The notes: generated from the sequence alone by a model not told the origin. DNA of 64,000 bases from an uncultured Bacteroidota bacterium (GCA_903850915.1 CAINMV010000010.1:980-64979), one strand, 5' to 3'; positions 30,010 to 40,986 are shown, numbered from the stretch's first letter. A program made the numbers and translations.

Positions 30010-31428
30010 ATGCATGAAATACAAAAATATCAACCAAAACATAAGATACGTATTGTAACAGCTGCTTCGCTGTTCGACGGACATGATGCAGCCATTAATG
30101 TTATGCGACGTATAATCCAATCAACAGGTTGTGAAGTAATCCATCTCGGCCATAATAGAAGCGTAGATGAGGTGGTGAATTGCGCAATTCAAGAAGACGC
30201 ACAATCGATAGCCATGACAAGCTATCAAGGTGGACACACCGAGTATTTTAAATACATGTTCGACTTACTTAACGAAAAGGGCGCTGGTCATATTAAAATA
30301 TTTGCTGGGGGGGGAGGCGTTATTCTTCCTGATGAAATTAAAGAGCTGCATGACTATGGAATTGCTCGTATTTATAGCCCTGATGATGGCCGAGTAATGG
30401 GACTTCAAGGCATGATTAATGATTTGGTTATGCAAAGCGACTATGAAACTGTAACTGAACTTGGCAATCATTTGGCTGTTTTACACGAAAAGAACCCAAA
30501 AACCATTGCAGAAACGATCACCATAGCTGAAAATCATCCTGAGAAACTAGCATCTCATAAGCTAGAGAAAGAAAATAAAATAATCCCTGTACTCGGCATC
30601 ACAGGCACCGGTGGTGCAGGTAAATCGAGCCTCCTCGACGAGCTGGTGCGCCGTTACTTACACGACTTTGAAGACAAAACCTTAGCTATTATTTCCGTTG
30701 ACCCAAGCAAACGGAAAACCGGCGGTGCGCTTTTGGGTGATCGTATCCGAATGAATAGCATCAACAACCCACGCGTTTTTATGCGATCTTTAGCAACCCG
30801 ACAAGCCAACCTCGCTTTAAGTAAATATGTTCAAGCAAGCATCGATATTTGCAAATCGGCAGGCTACGACATGATTATCGTGGAAACGAGTGGCATCGGG
30901 CAAAGCGACACTGAAATAACAGAACACTGTGATGTTAGTTTGTATGTGATGACGAGCGAATATGGTGCCGCTTCGCAACTGGAAAAAATTGACATGCTCG
31001 ACTTCGCAGATTTGGTTGCTATTAATAAATTTGACAAGAAGGGGAGCTTGGATGCCTTGCGTGATGTGCGTAAACAATACAAACGCAATCACAATAAATT
31101 TGAAGTGAAAGATGAAGACTTGCCAGTTTATGCCACGATTGCTTCACAATTCAACGACCCAGGCATGAATAATTTATATAAAGCGGTGATGGATTCTATT
31201 TGCCAAAAAACTGACGCGCCTTTGCAAAGCCAAACAAAACTTACCACCGACCAAAGTAAAAAGATTTATGTGATACCACCTGAACGCGTTCGTTACCTTG
31301 CGGAAATTGTTGAAAACAACCGTCGTTATGATGAATGGGTTACAAAACAAAGCGACATAGCTCAAAAGCTATATCAGTTTAAAGGCACAATGGAAATGCT
31401 CAACGAATCCAAAGTAGAAGAAAAATAG
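30010..31428 (+). CDS. icmF: IcmF N-terminal part: cobalamin-binding domain plus MeaB/MeaI-type GTPase chaperone
   Basis: FDGHDAAIN (DxH), [28 protein letters not shown] at 29978-29985. Confidence 0.88.
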   Translation: MHEIQKYQPKHKIRIVTAASLFDGHDAAINVMRRIIQSTGCEVIHLGHNRSVDEVVNCAIQEDAQSIAMTSYQGGHTEYFKYMFDLLNEKGAGHIKIFAGGGGVILPDEIKELHDYGIARIYSPDDGRVMGLQGMINDLVMQSDYETVTELGNHLAVLHEKNPKTIAETITIAENHPEKLASHKLEKENKIIPVLGITGTGGAGKSSLLDELVRRYLHDFEDKTLAIISVDPSKRKTGGALLGDRIRMNSINNPRVFMRSLATRQANLALSKYVQASIDICKSAGYDMIIVETSGIGQSDTEITEHCDVSLYVMTSEYGAASQLEKIDMLDFADLVAINKFDKKGSLDALRDVRKQYKRNHNKFEVKDEDLPVYATIASQFNDPGMNNLYKAVMDSICQKTDAPLQSQTKLTTDQSKKIYVIPPERVRYLAEIVENNRRYDEWVTKQSDIAQKLYQFKGTMEMLNESKVEEK

Positions 31429-31501
31429 ACATAATCATTCAACAAAACAGTTAAACATCAATAAAAAGTCGATGGACCTTTTATTATAGTAACGAATTAT
31501 C

Positions 31502-33445
31502 ATGCAAAAGATTCAAGATAAAATTAATGCGCTAGAAAAGCAGCTTGCTCCGGAATGTAAGGAGCTAATTGACAATTGGCAGGAGAAAGAGAAGTTATAT
31601 CAAGAGGAAGACTATAATTTCACCGTGCGTAACAAAACAATAAAAATCAAGACGCATAGTGAAAGCCTAAGCCACTCTCAAATACCTAAAATTAGTACCC
31701 CTCGCTATAAAGCTTGGGGCGACCTACTTCAATGGCAGCTGCAGGAAAATGTACCTGGAGAATTTCCATATACCGCTGGCATCTATCCATTCAAACGCGA
31801 AGGAGAAGATCCAACACGAATGTTTGCTGGAGAAGGCGGCCCTGAACGTACCAATAAACGCTTTCATTACGTAAGCTTGGGCCAACCTGCAAAACGTTTA
31901 AGTACCGCCTTCGATAGTGTAACTTTATACGGCGAAGATCCTCACGTAAGACCTGATATTTATGGAAAAATTGGGAATAGTGGCGTAAGTATTGCCACAC
32001 TTGACGATGCCAAAAAGCTCTATAGCGGGTTCGACCTTTGCAGCCCTACCACCTCCGTTAGCATGACAATTAACGGGCCAGCGGCAATCCTACTTGGCTT
32101 TTTTATGAATGCCGCTGTCGACCAGCAATGCGAGAAATATATCATTGCAAATGGCCTAGAAAAAGAAACTCAAGCGAAAATAGAAGCTATATTTTCAAAC
32201 AAGGGAATGACTCGTCCAAGTTATAATGGCGAATTACCTCAAGGCAATGATGGTTTAGGTTTAATGCTACTAGGTGTTACAGGCGCAGAGGTGCTTCCTG
32301 ATGACATTTACCAAAAGATTAAATCAGAAGCTATGGCAATGGTGCGAGGCACCGTACAGGCTGATATTCTTAAAGAAGACCAAGCGCAAAACACCTGTAT
32401 TTTCTCCACTGAATTTGCATTGCGTTTGATGGGAGACATTCAATACTACTTTATAAAAAATAAAGTTCGTAATTTTTATAGCGTTAGTATTAGCGGATAT
32501 CATATTGCTGAAGCAGGCGCTAACCCTATCACACAGTTGGCTCTCACACTATCTAATGGCTTCACCTACGTTGAATATTATTTGAGCAGGGGCATGCATA
32601 TTGATGACTTTGCGCCGAACTTATCCTTTTTCTTTAGTAATGGCATTGACCCAGAATATGCAGTAATTGGTCGTGTTGCACGACGAATATGGGCCAAGGC
32701 CATCAAACATAAATACAATGGCAACGAGCGCAGTCAGATGCTTAAATATCATATTCAAACTAGCGGTCGAAGTTTACACGCTCAAGAAATTGATTTTAAT
32801 GACATCCGCACCACTTTGCAAGCTTTGTATGCCATTTACGACAACTGTAATAGCCTCCATACAAATGCATATGACGAAGCCATTACTACCCCAACAGAGG
32901 AAAGTGTGCGCAGGGCGATGGCTATTCAACTTATAATAAATCGTGAACTAGGGTTGGCGAAAAATGAAAACCCACTACAAGGAAGCTTTATTATAGAAGA
33001 AATGACAAATTTAGTGGAAGATGCCGTTTACACTGAGTTCATGCGTATAAACGAACGGGGCGGTGTTTTAGGTGCCATGGAAACAATGTATCAACGCAAC
33101 AAAATTCAAGAAGAAAGTCTTTATTATGAAACACTAAAACACAATGGAGAGTACCCTATAATTGGTGTCAATACTTTTTTAAGTAGTAAAGGCTCCCCAA
33201 CTGTAATTCCACAAGAAGTGATTCGCAGTACAGAAGAGGAGAAGCAATTTCAAATTACAGCCCTGAATTCGTTTCAACAGCGAAATAAAAAGGAAGCTCC
33301 TGAACTTTTGCAACAACTAAAGCAAGCCGCTATCGACAATGACAATATTTTTCATGTATTGATGGACGCCTCTAAAGTATGCTCCTTAGGTCAGATTTCC
33401 AACGCATTGTATTCAGTTGGAGGGCAATATCGCAGAAATATGTAG
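31502..33445 (+). CDS. icmF: IcmF C-terminal part: acyl-CoA mutase substrate-binding barrel
   Basis: [35 protein letters not shown]-terminal GGQYRRNM. Confidence 0.88.
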   Translation: MQKIQDKINALEKQLAPECKELIDNWQEKEKLYQEEDYNFTVRNKTIKIKTHSESLSHSQIPKISTPRYKAWGDLLQWQLQENVPGEFPYTAGIYPFKREGEDPTRMFAGEGGPERTNKRFHYVSLGQPAKRLSTAFDSVTLYGEDPHVRPDIYGKIGNSGVSIATLDDAKKLYSGFDLCSPTTSVSMTINGPAAILLGFFMNAAVDQQCEKYIIANGLEKETQAKIEAIFSNKGMTRPSYNGELPQGNDGLGLMLLGVTGAEVLPDDIYQKIKSEAMAMVRGTVQADILKEDQAQNTCIFSTEFALRLMGDIQYYFIKNKVRNFYSVSISGYHIAEAGANPITQLALTLSNGFTYVEYYLSRGMHIDDFAPNLSFFFSNGIDPEYAVIGRVARRIWAKAIKHKYNGNERSQMLKYHIQTSGRSLHAQEIDFNDIRTTLQALYAIYDNCNSLHTNAYDEAITTPTEESVRRAMAIQLIINRELGLAKNENPLQGSFIIEEMTNLVEDAVYTEFMRINERGGVLGAMETMYQRNKIQEESLYYETLKHNGEYPIIGVNTFLSSKGSPTVIPQEVIRSTEEEKQFQITALNSFQQRNKKEAPELLQQLKQAAIDNDNIFHVLMDASKVCSLGQISNALYSVGGQYRRNM

Positions 33446-33564
33446 TCCGAAAAATGTTTAAAATTCGTGATTCTCAGTTAAAAAACAACTTTTTACAACA
33501 GATTTTGAATTTTCATTCTTTTTTGTACCTTTGCCGTCCCAAAAAAAATTAGGGACACAAAAAA

Positions 33565-33879
33565 ATGTTTGCAATAGTAACCATAGCTGGTCAACAATTC
33601 AAAGTAACGAAGAACCAAACACTCTACGTTCACCACCTATCAAACGAAGAAGGCGCTAGCGTAGAATTTAGCGATGTATTATTAATCAATAATGAAGGAA
33701 GTGTACGCGTAGGTACCCCGAATGTAAGTGGAGCGAAAGTTACTGCTACCGTTGTTGAGAATCTTGTTAAAGGCGATAAAGTTATCGTATTTAAGAAGAA
33801 ACGCAGAAAAGGATATCGCCTTATGAAAGGCCATCGCCAACAATTCAGCAAAATAAAAATAAACGAAATCGTAGCTTAA
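33565..33879 (+). CDS. rplU: 50S ribosomal protein L21
   Basis: AGQQFKV, FKKKRRKGY...GHRQ; TACCTTTG at 33526-33533. Confidence 0.98.
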   Translation: MFAIVTIAGQQFKVTKNQTLYVHHLSNEEGASVEFSDVLLINNEGSVRVGTPNVSGAKVTATVVENLVKGDKVIVFKKKRRKGYRLMKGHRQQFSKIKINEIVA

Positions 33880-33912
33880 TATTTTATCAACTTCTAATTA
33901 AATCAACTAAAA

Positions 33913-34173
33913 ATGGCACATAAGAAAGGAGTCGGTTCCGTAAAAAATGGTCGTGAATCACATAGCAAACGCCTTGGCGTAAAAATATACGGTGGCCAAG
34001 CAATCATCGCTGGTAACATTATTGTACGTCAACGCGGAACAAAACACCACCCAAGTGTTGGTGTTGGAATTGGCAAGGATCATACTTTGTATGCACTTAC
34101 TGATGGTTTTGTAAAGTTCCAGAAAAAAGCAAAAGACAGATCTTACGTATCTGTTGTTCCTGCCAGAGCTTAA
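33913..34173 (+). CDS. rpmA: 50S ribosomal protein L27
   Basis: [19 protein letters not shown]. Confidence 0.98.
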   Translation: MAHKKGVGSVKNGRESHSKRLGVKIYGGQAIIAGNIIVRQRGTKHHPSVGVGIGKDHTLYALTDGFVKFQKKAKDRSYVSVVPARA

Positions 34174-34203
34174 AATAAGATGCTACTTCTATTGTAGCTT
34201 CTT

Positions 34204-34250
34204 TAGACTAACCCCAAAGGTATAGGTCATAAAGTTTAGTGTTGGACACT
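34204..34250. mobile_element. Possible degenerate IS3-family terminal inverted-repeat relic
   Basis: TAGACTAACCCCAAA ... GTTGGACACT, resembling IS3-type ends but interrupted by about 21 bp. Confidence 0.3.
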
Positions 34251-34278
34251 GAAAATTGAATCATAAATTACATTGCAT

Positions 34279-34313
34279 AAAGCCTTGTTCATTAATTTGA
34301 GCAAGGCTTTTTT
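34279..34313 (+). terminator. Intrinsic terminator after rplU-rpmA
   Basis: AAAGCCTTGTTCA-TTAAT-TTGAGCAAGGC followed by a T-tract. Confidence 0.75.
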
Positions 34314-34410
34314 GTTCTTAGGCACTTTAATATCAAAAACATCGATCCTATTTTACCTATACTTAAAACACACGAACTGCCAAGAATGCCCTATCTTTGT
34401 GGCCCAAGTT

Positions 34411-35568
34411 ATGGATAAATATGCATTACGCGGCGTTTCCTCTCAAAAAGAAGAAGTACATGCTGCCATAAAAAACATCGACAAAGGCCTTTTCCCTAAA
34501 GCGTTCTGTAAAGTTGTCCCTGATTTTCTAGGTGGCGACGAACTTTTTTGTAATATTATGCATGCTGACGGGGCTGGAACTAAAAGCAGTTTGGCATATG
34601 CCTATTGGCGCGAAACAGGCGATTTAAGTGTATGGAAAAACATTGCCATCGATGCCATTGTGATGAACATCGACGACCTCCTCTGTGTGGGCGTCACTGA
34701 TGAATTCCTATTGTCATCAACCATTGGCAGAAATAAAAAGCTGATTCCGGCAGAGGTGCTTTCTGCGTTAATAAATGGGGCAAATGAATTTATCGAATCG
34801 CTGAAAAATTTCGGTATTCACATCCACCATACCGGAGGCGAAACCGCCGATGTTGGCGATTTAGTTCGGACTGTTATTGTTGATAGCACCGTGGTTGCTC
34901 GCGTTAAAAGAAGCGACATTATTAATAACGCCAATATTAAACCCGGAAACGTAATCGTAGGATTAGCAAGCTACGGACAGTCCACATACGAAAGCGAATA
35001 CAATAGCGGTATGGGAAGTAATGGCCTTACTAGTGCTCGTCACGACATGTTCAACGCAGGCTACATATTAAAATACCCGGAGACCTTTGATGCCAAAATC
35101 ACAGATGTAGCCTATAGCGGAGAACTTAGTCTTACAGATCCAATAGTTGGTATACCACTCGATGCAGGGAAAATGGTACTCTCCCCTACCCGCACCTATG
35201 CCCCTTTTGTTAAAGAAATCCTAAAAAAATATCGTGCGAAAATTGATGGGATGATTCATTGTAGTGGCGGCGGACAAACTAAAATACTGCATTTTGTGGA
35301 TGCAGTGCATATTGTAAAGGATAACTTATTACCAACTCCTATTCTCTTCACTACCATTCAAAAGCAAAGCAACACGGATTGGCGTGAGATGTATAGCACT
35401 TTTAATATGGGGCACCGCCTCGAAATATATACAGACACTGATACCGCCAAAGCCTTGATAGATATTGCCTCATCGTTCAACATTGAAGCCCAAATTATTG
35501 GCAAGGTAGAAACCTGCGAAACAAAAAGGCTCACCATTGAAAGTATGCATGGTAAATTTGAATATTAA
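34411..35568 (+). CDS. purM: Phosphoribosylformylglycinamidine cyclo-ligase (Bacteroidota type)
   Basis: HADGAGTKS, GGETADVGD, FNMGHR; ATG 34411 follows TATCTTTG at 34392-34399. Confidence 0.93.
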   Translation: MDKYALRGVSSQKEEVHAAIKNIDKGLFPKAFCKVVPDFLGGDELFCNIMHADGAGTKSSLAYAYWRETGDLSVWKNIAIDAIVMNIDDLLCVGVTDEFLLSSTIGRNKKLIPAEVLSALINGANEFIESLKNFGIHIHHTGGETADVGDLVRTVIVDSTVVARVKRSDIINNANIKPGNVIVGLASYGQSTYESEYNSGMGSNGLTSARHDMFNAGYILKYPETFDAKITDVAYSGELSLTDPIVGIPLDAGKMVLSPTRTYAPFVKEILKKYRAKIDGMIHCSGGGQTKILHFVDAVHIVKDNLLPTPILFTTIQKQSNTDWREMYSTFNMGHRLEIYTDTDTAKALIDIASSFNIEAQIIGKVETCETKRLTIESMHGKFEY

Positions 35569-35570
35569 TT

Positions 35571-36728
35571 ATGGCTAAGGATAAAATATATGATACCCGT
35601 CCGGAATTAGAAACTGCAATTCTGGTATCCGTTGGTAATAAATTTGACAAGGAAGAGCAGTTGAATGTATATCTCGATGAACTTGAATTTCTAGCGCAAA
35701 CAGCGGGAGCAATTGCAAAAAAACGTTTCATTCAACGCCTCGACCATATTGAGCAAGGAACCTATGTAGGCAAGGGCAAACTTAAGGAGCTGGTTGAATA
35801 TGTAAAACTAAATGAAATAGATATTGTTATTTTCGATGATGAGTTGTCGCCAGCTCAAACACGCAATATTGAAGCAGAAATGAACCCCGATAAATTCGAT
35901 ATCCGGGTGAAAGTAATTGACCGAAGTCGATTGATTCTCGACATTTTCGCCAAAAACGCTAGATCAGCACAAGCGAAAACACAGGTGGAGCTTGCCCAAT
36001 ACCAGTATATGCTACCACGACTAACGAACTTGTGGACGCACTTAAGTCGTCAAAAGGGAGGTATTGGTATGAAAGGCGCTGGAGAAAAAGAAATTGAAAC
36101 AGACAGGCGTGTTATTAATACTCGAATGGCGCTCTTGAAGGAAGAACTAAAAAACATAGATCGTCAGAGTCAAATAAAACGCAAAGACAGAGAAGACAAA
36201 CCGCGACTAACAATCGTTGGATATACAAATGTTGGAAAGTCCACGATCATGAATTTACTAAGCAAAGCTGAAATTCATGCCGAAAACAAATTATTTAGCA
36301 CCTTGGATAGTACCGTGCGTAAGGTGGTGTTAAAAACTACTCCTTTTCTACTTACCGATACCGTTGGCTTCATTCGAAAACTACCCCATCAATTGGTGGA
36401 GTGCTTTAAAAGTACACTCGATGAAGTACGTGATGCAGATGCATTAATTCATGTGGTGGATATCAGTAGCAACGAGTATGAATCGCAGATGCAGACTGTA
36501 AAACAAACTATTGAAGAACTAGAGGCACACAAAAAACCGACACTTACCGTTTTTAATAAAATTGATGCAATGACGGAGGAGCAGCGGTATAACTTACATA
36601 ATACCTATATGGCAAAGGAGAACATGCCCGTAGTATTTATGAGCGCAGCTAAAAAAATAAACACCGAAGAATTGCGCGATGCCGTATATCTGCTGGTGCA
36701 ACAGGTAAATAAAAACAGAACCTATTAA
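35571..36728 (+). CDS. hflX: GTPase HflX
   Basis: GYTNVGKST, DTVGFI, NKID. Confidence 0.97.
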   Translation: MAKDKIYDTRPELETAILVSVGNKFDKEEQLNVYLDELEFLAQTAGAIAKKRFIQRLDHIEQGTYVGKGKLKELVEYVKLNEIDIVIFDDELSPAQTRNIEAEMNPDKFDIRVKVIDRSRLILDIFAKNARSAQAKTQVELAQYQYMLPRLTNLWTHLSRQKGGIGMKGAGEKEIETDRRVINTRMALLKEELKNIDRQSQIKRKDREDKPRLTIVGYTNVGKSTIMNLLSKAEIHAENKLFSTLDSTVRKVVLKTTPFLLTDTVGFIRKLPHQLVECFKSTLDEVRDADALIHVVDISSNEYESQMQTVKQTIEELEAHKKPTLTVFNKIDAMTEEQRYNLHNTYMAKENMPVVFMSAAKKINTEELRDAVYLLVQQVNKNRTY

Positions 36729-36734
36729 CTTAAA

Positions 36735-37094
36735 ATGGAAGAAACACAAGAAACAAAAAACGCACTTGTAGAAAAAAGATTCAAGGCCCTTCAGAGTAAG
36801 CTTAAAGTGCAATTTAATAGGCAGCCGAGTATGGATGCCATTCTTTTTATAATTGGAATGAACGCCATTGGAAAAGGGAATGTAAAATATGACCGTGAAG
36901 AGAAGATGAACCTTTTACACGTGGCACATTGCACCATATTCGAAATAAGTGGTTACTATGAATTAGAGCGCACTGACGAAGATGGCTGGCCCCATTTTAA
37001 AACACTTAAGCAATATCCAGCTATGGAATTACATGAGCAGGAGTTCTTTTTAAAGGAAAATATTTTAAAGTATTTTGACAGTATAAACTACTAA
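36735..37094 (+). CDS. Conserved Bacteroidota hypothetical protein
   Basis: LFIIG...EKMNLLHVA.C...GYY...DEDGWPH; 6 bp after hflX. Confidence 0.75.
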   Translation: MEETQETKNALVEKRFKALQSKLKVQFNRQPSMDAILFIIGMNAIGKGNVKYDREEKMNLLHVAHCTIFEISGYYELERTDEDGWPHFKTLKQYPAMELHEQEFFLKENILKYFDSINY

Positions 37095-37100
37095 TGTTTT

Positions 37101-37436
37101 TCACTTCATTGCTTTCAAGGTAAGCACGTAATTCGATACCGCATTTATTTCTGGCTCACCCAATACCTCTGCAAAACGTGGCATCGTTTTTTTTCCGTGA
37201 TAAATGAGGTCGCTAATTTCAGTTGTATTCATCTTTGTAATGGTAAGATCGGCAGATTGTGCAATTTTTGCATTGCCCCTCTCACCATGACACATAGCGC
37301 AATGAGTTTTATAGATTTCTTTGCCATAGGCAGCCATGTCAGTTTCGTTACTCACCTGGCCTCCAGAGGACATCGTATCATTACATTGAGATAATATAAA
37401 AAGCAAAAACAATAAAACCGAAACACCTTTGAGCAT
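37101..37436 (-). CDS. Monoheme c-type cytochrome (probable lipoprotein)
   Basis: CAMCH and distal MPRF; hydrophobic leader ending LSQC; ATG 37436 preferred as start. Confidence 0.88.
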   Translation of the reverse strand: MLKGVSVLLFLLFILSQCNDTMSSGGQVSNETDMAAYGKEIYKTHCAMCHGERGNAKIAQSADLTITKMNTTEISDLIYHGKKTMPRFAEVLGEPEINAVSNYVLTLKAMK

Positions 37437-37514
37437 AAAGAAAGAAATAAAGTTAAATGCAAAATTAGTCAAAAAAGACAAAGTGTAACAACATTTAACG
37501 TGTGTGAAAAACAG

Positions 37515-37552
37515 AAAACCCTGTGAATGATTATTACATTCACAGGGTTTTT
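37515..37552. terminator. Intrinsic terminator downstream of the DUF4476 gene
   Basis: AAAACCCTGTGAATG-7 nt-CATTCACAGGGTTTT, a perfect 15-bp stem. Confidence 0.85.
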
Positions 37553-37566
37553 ATTATTCTTGTTTT

Positions 37567-38340
37567 CTAGCGACGTGAACCGCACATTTTTGCAATTTCA
37601 TTTTTGCTACTGTCAAAACTAAATGCATCGCTCAACTCATAATATCTGTTTTTATCGTCAGTATAATTAAACGCATATCTAGCCACTTCCAATTTAGTGC
37701 TTTCAAAACTAAAACAAGATAAAACACTTCTAATTTGTTCAACACTTAATTTATTGTTTGAGATTCCACTCATCGCCACGGTTTTTTTGGTGCTTTCAAA
37801 TGATGCATTATTTATTCCCAACTTTAAAGCATCAAAATCTCGATTGTTCATGTAATGATTATAGTTGTAATTGTTGCGATTGTAGTTCTCATCGTTGTTA
37901 TTTCGACCATCATTATCATATCGCTCATCTTCTTCAATTTCCTCATAATTGTTGTCATGATCATTAAAACGATAGTGGTATTGGCGGTGGCGATTGTTAT
38001 TATACCGATGAGTTATTACCCGGTCTACGTGAAAACCAAAACCATCAACAGATGCGAATATATCGGAGGCTTCTTTCACCATCAATGGCCCGTTAAATAT
38101 CAATACTGGCATTGCCCTTCGACCATGATGACTGTATGAAGTGAAAGTTTCAATAACTAAATTATGACGCCCAGGGCGCAAAGTTGGAACATGAAAGCTG
38201 TTACCATAAACTTGATAATAATATCCATCAATATTTACGGTGTAATTAGCTTGGCGAACAAATCGCAAATATAAAGACGAGGCGTTCGCGGAGAATGATG
38301 CAATCAATGCAAAGAACAAAATGTAAAGTTGGCGTTTCAT
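37567..38340 (-). CDS. Secreted DUF4476-domain protein
   Basis: Signal peptide; N/D/Y-rich linker; C-terminal FSFESTKLEVARYAF...FSFDSSK. Confidence 0.85.
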   Translation of the reverse strand: MKRQLYILFFALIASFSANASSLYLRFVRQANYTVNIDGYYYQVYGNSFHVPTLRPGRHNLVIETFTSYSHHGRRAMPVLIFNGPLMVKEASDIFASVDGFGFHVDRVITHRYNNNRHRQYHYRFNDHDNNYEEIEEDERYDNDGRNNNDENYNRNNYNYNHYMNNRDFDALKLGINNASFESTKKTVAMSGISNNKLSVEQIRSVLSCFSFESTKLEVARYAFNYTDDKNRYYELSDAFSFDSSKNEIAKMCGSRR

Positions 38341-38450
38341 GGCTGTAAATAATTAATTGTTTAAAAACATCCGCACCACTTGTAATAATTATTCGAAGGC
38401 GTCCCAACAAGTGATTCGAAATTTATTTTACCTTCGATATGCAATCATTT

Positions 38451-38465
38451 CCAATTGATGTGCCA
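38451..38465 (-). promoter_or_regulatory. Sigma54-like site upstream of DUF4476
   Basis: TGGCACATCAATTGG (GG-N10-GG). Confidence 0.45.
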
Positions 38466-38561
38466 AAGATTATTGATTAACAGTGGTTAACATTTGTAAC
38501 ACTAAAAAGTATGTGTGACTAAACAGCTACAATTAAGTAAATTTGAATCCTATTTTCAATC

Positions 38562-40226
38562 GTGTTTAAGAACAGCATTTTAATTCGGGTTCATCATTCG
38601 CTTAAGCAGATACTAACGCCTGCAAGCGAAAGAAAACTGCGAATAATGATTGGATTCTCTATCATCATAGCAATTTTCGATGTTTTTAGTATTGGAGGAT
38701 TGATTTATTTGTTTCGTTTTTTACTGAATACAAATAATAGTTTCAGCCCATTGCTAATCATCACGTTGGCCTTCATTATACTTTTATTCTTCATTTTCAA
38801 AAACGCGTTAAGTTTATTCTTAAATAAAAAGCAAGCCTACTTTGCTTTTAAAGAAGCAACGACACAAAGCAAGTCCATTTTAAAATCAATTTATATGCAA
38901 AATGAACTATTCTTTAGAGATGCAGAAACTGGAGCATTATTGAGTGATATCATGTATGTTCCTGCAGCATTTGCTAATGGTATCATAATGGGATATATGA
39001 CCCTTTGGAGCGAATTAGTGGTGATATTATTAATGCTTTTTTTGCTTGCAGCTACCTCTTTTTCGGTAAGTATTTTGTGCTTTTTACTCATTGCCCCAAC
39101 GGCCTTCTTCAGCTATAAGAACATAAGAAAACGCATAGAAACTTTAGGTGATCGTCGTAACAATAGTGTAAAGCAAGCACAAGACATTCTTATTCAAGGG
39201 ATCCATGGTCGCACCGACGGACTTCTTTATAATCGTTTGAATTACTTTGAAGATACGTTCGAGATGTACCAAAGACGCATTAGCAATACAGATGCGACAG
39301 TTTCCCTAATGAATAGTTTACCACCACGAATTATGGAGTTATTCGCAGTTTCTGCATTTGCATTAATTTACCTATTAACAAATTACCTCGGCAATGGCGC
39401 GGACTATGCACTTGTGCTTACGCTATTTGTAGCTGCTGCCTTTCGACTATTGCCCTCCGTAAATAGAAGCTTGGGAGCAGTTCTTAAAATAAAAAACCAT
39501 TGGTTTACGATTGACACATTAATCCGTTATACAAACAATAAGACAGACAAAAGTTTAATTCCAATGAACTTTTACGCTACCCTTAAGATTGAAAATCTAG
39601 AATTTAGCTTTAACAACAAACAAATATGCAAGGTGCCGTTATTTGAATTGAATAAAGGAAGTTGCATTGGTATTTATGGAGCTACTGGCGAAGGCAAATC
39701 AACGTTCCTGCAATTGTTAATGCAATTAATTCCAGCAACAAGAGGCGACTTTTTTGTAGATGAAAATAATGTAAACAAAAACCATGCCTATCATCAATTG
39801 TTTGCCTATGTAAAACAAGATGTATTTATAATGAATAAGTCACTGCAAGAAAACATTTCATTTTGCGATGAAAAGCTTTGCAACAGAGAACGTGTTAACA
39901 CAATAATAAAAAGATTAGGGCTGGGAAAAATAGAGCACCTTTTTAATTTCGCGGATAGCGCCGGAGAAGGCGGAAACAAACTTTCTGGCGGACAGAAAAA
40001 GCTTGTCGCTTTAGCTCGAGCCGCTTACTTTGATTCGCCAATATGGATTTTGGATGAGCCACTAGCTTCTATGGATGCAGAGCTTCTTAAATTTATCCTT
40101 GTTTTTTTAAAAGAAGAGCAGAAAAAAGGAAAAACGATTGTACTCGTCGCCCACCATAAACCTATCTTTGATATTTGTGATTTAGTATATGAATTTAAGG
40201 CAGGAAAATTAATTTTATCAAACTAA
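38562..40226 (+). CDS. ABC exporter, fused permease/ATPase (PglK/WlaB-like, glycan-locus type)
   Basis: TM domain with AAFRLLPS; GATGEGKS, LSGGQ, ILDE. Confidence 0.85.
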   Translation: MFKNSILIRVHHSLKQILTPASERKLRIMIGFSIIIAIFDVFSIGGLIYLFRFLLNTNNSFSPLLIITLAFIILLFFIFKNALSLFLNKKQAYFAFKEATTQSKSILKSIYMQNELFFRDAETGALLSDIMYVPAAFANGIIMGYMTLWSELVVILLMLFLLAATSFSVSILCFLLIAPTAFFSYKNIRKRIETLGDRRNNSVKQAQDILIQGIHGRTDGLLYNRLNYFEDTFEMYQRRISNTDATVSLMNSLPPRIMELFAVSAFALIYLLTNYLGNGADYALVLTLFVAAAFRLLPSVNRSLGAVLKIKNHWFTIDTLIRYTNNKTDKSLIPMNFYATLKIENLEFSFNNKQICKVPLFELNKGSCIGIYGATGEGKSTFLQLLMQLIPATRGDFFVDENNVNKNHAYHQLFAYVKQDVFIMNKSLQENISFCDEKLCNRERVNTIIKRLGLGKIEHLFNFADSAGEGGNKLSGGQKKLVALARAAYFDSPIWILDEPLASMDAELLKFILVFLKEEQKKGKTIVLVAHHKPIFDICDLVYEFKAGKLILSN

Positions 40227-40228
40227 AC

Positions 40229-40957
40229 ATGTTAAACTTTTTCAACAAACAACCTAAAAAAAAAGCAATTCAGCCTTTGTTTGTTGACTTCCATTCTCAC
40301 TTTTTGCCAGGACTTGATGACGGGTGCACCACATTAGAAGAAAGTATAACCTTAATACAACAAATGAAAAACTATGGTTATCAGAAGTTGATTATGTCGC
40401 CTCATAATATGGGTGATTTTTATAAAAACACGCCTGAGATTATTGTAGCGAAATTAGCAGAGGTGAAAAAGGCGGTTATGGACAGCGGCATTGACATTCA
40501 GCTTGAAGCCACAGCAGAATATTACCTTGACGAATGGTTTGAGGAAAAACTAAAGACAAAGAGTTTATTACCCTTCGGTGGAAACAAAATCCTATTTGAA
40601 ATTTCATATATCAATGAGCCTAAAAATCTTTTTGATACGCTATTTAAACTTCAAGTAGCCGGCTACCAGCCTATAATGGCGCATCCAGAGCGATATAGCT
40701 TTTTTCACTCTCAATTTGACGTCTACGAAAAACTAATTCTTCAAGGATGTCAACTTCAAGTAAATTTACTTTCATTAATTGGCTATTATGGTGTAATGGA
40801 GAAAAAAGTGGCGACTGAATTACTAGAAAAAAAAATGGTTGCTTACTTATGCAGCGATGCGCACAAACAAAAACACGTAGAGCTTCTAGCTGAGGTATTT
40901 AAATCCAATCTTTTCCGCTCGTCATCACAACAAATAAAGAACAACGAACTATTTTAA
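40229..40957 (+). CDS. CpsB/CapC PHP-family tyrosine-protein phosphatase
   Basis: DFHSHFLPGLDDG, AHPERY, SDAH. Confidence 0.92.
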   Translation: MLNFFNKQPKKKAIQPLFVDFHSHFLPGLDDGCTTLEESITLIQQMKNYGYQKLIMSPHNMGDFYKNTPEIIVAKLAEVKKAVMDSGIDIQLEATAEYYLDEWFEEKLKTKSLLPFGGNKILFEISYINEPKNLFDTLFKLQVAGYQPIMAHPERYSFFHSQFDVYEKLILQGCQLQVNLLSLIGYYGVMEKKVATELLEKKMVAYLCSDAHKQKHVELLAEVFKSNLFRSSSQQIKNNELF

Positions 40958-40986
40958 TTAAAGAAGAAACCTACCTTTATTAAACA

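Noticed and set aside
34273..34410. N-terminal extension of purM (likewise for cdsA, porW, DUF2797, cytochrome c and saccharopine dehydrogenase)
   Set aside because: The extensions run through terminator or promoter sequence or precede the recognisable N-terminus; downstream starts fit better.
37830..38010. Repetitive Asn/Asp/Tyr-coding DNA that might be a repeat array
   Set aside because: It is the low-complexity linker of the DUF4476 protein, with no fixed repeat-spacer period.
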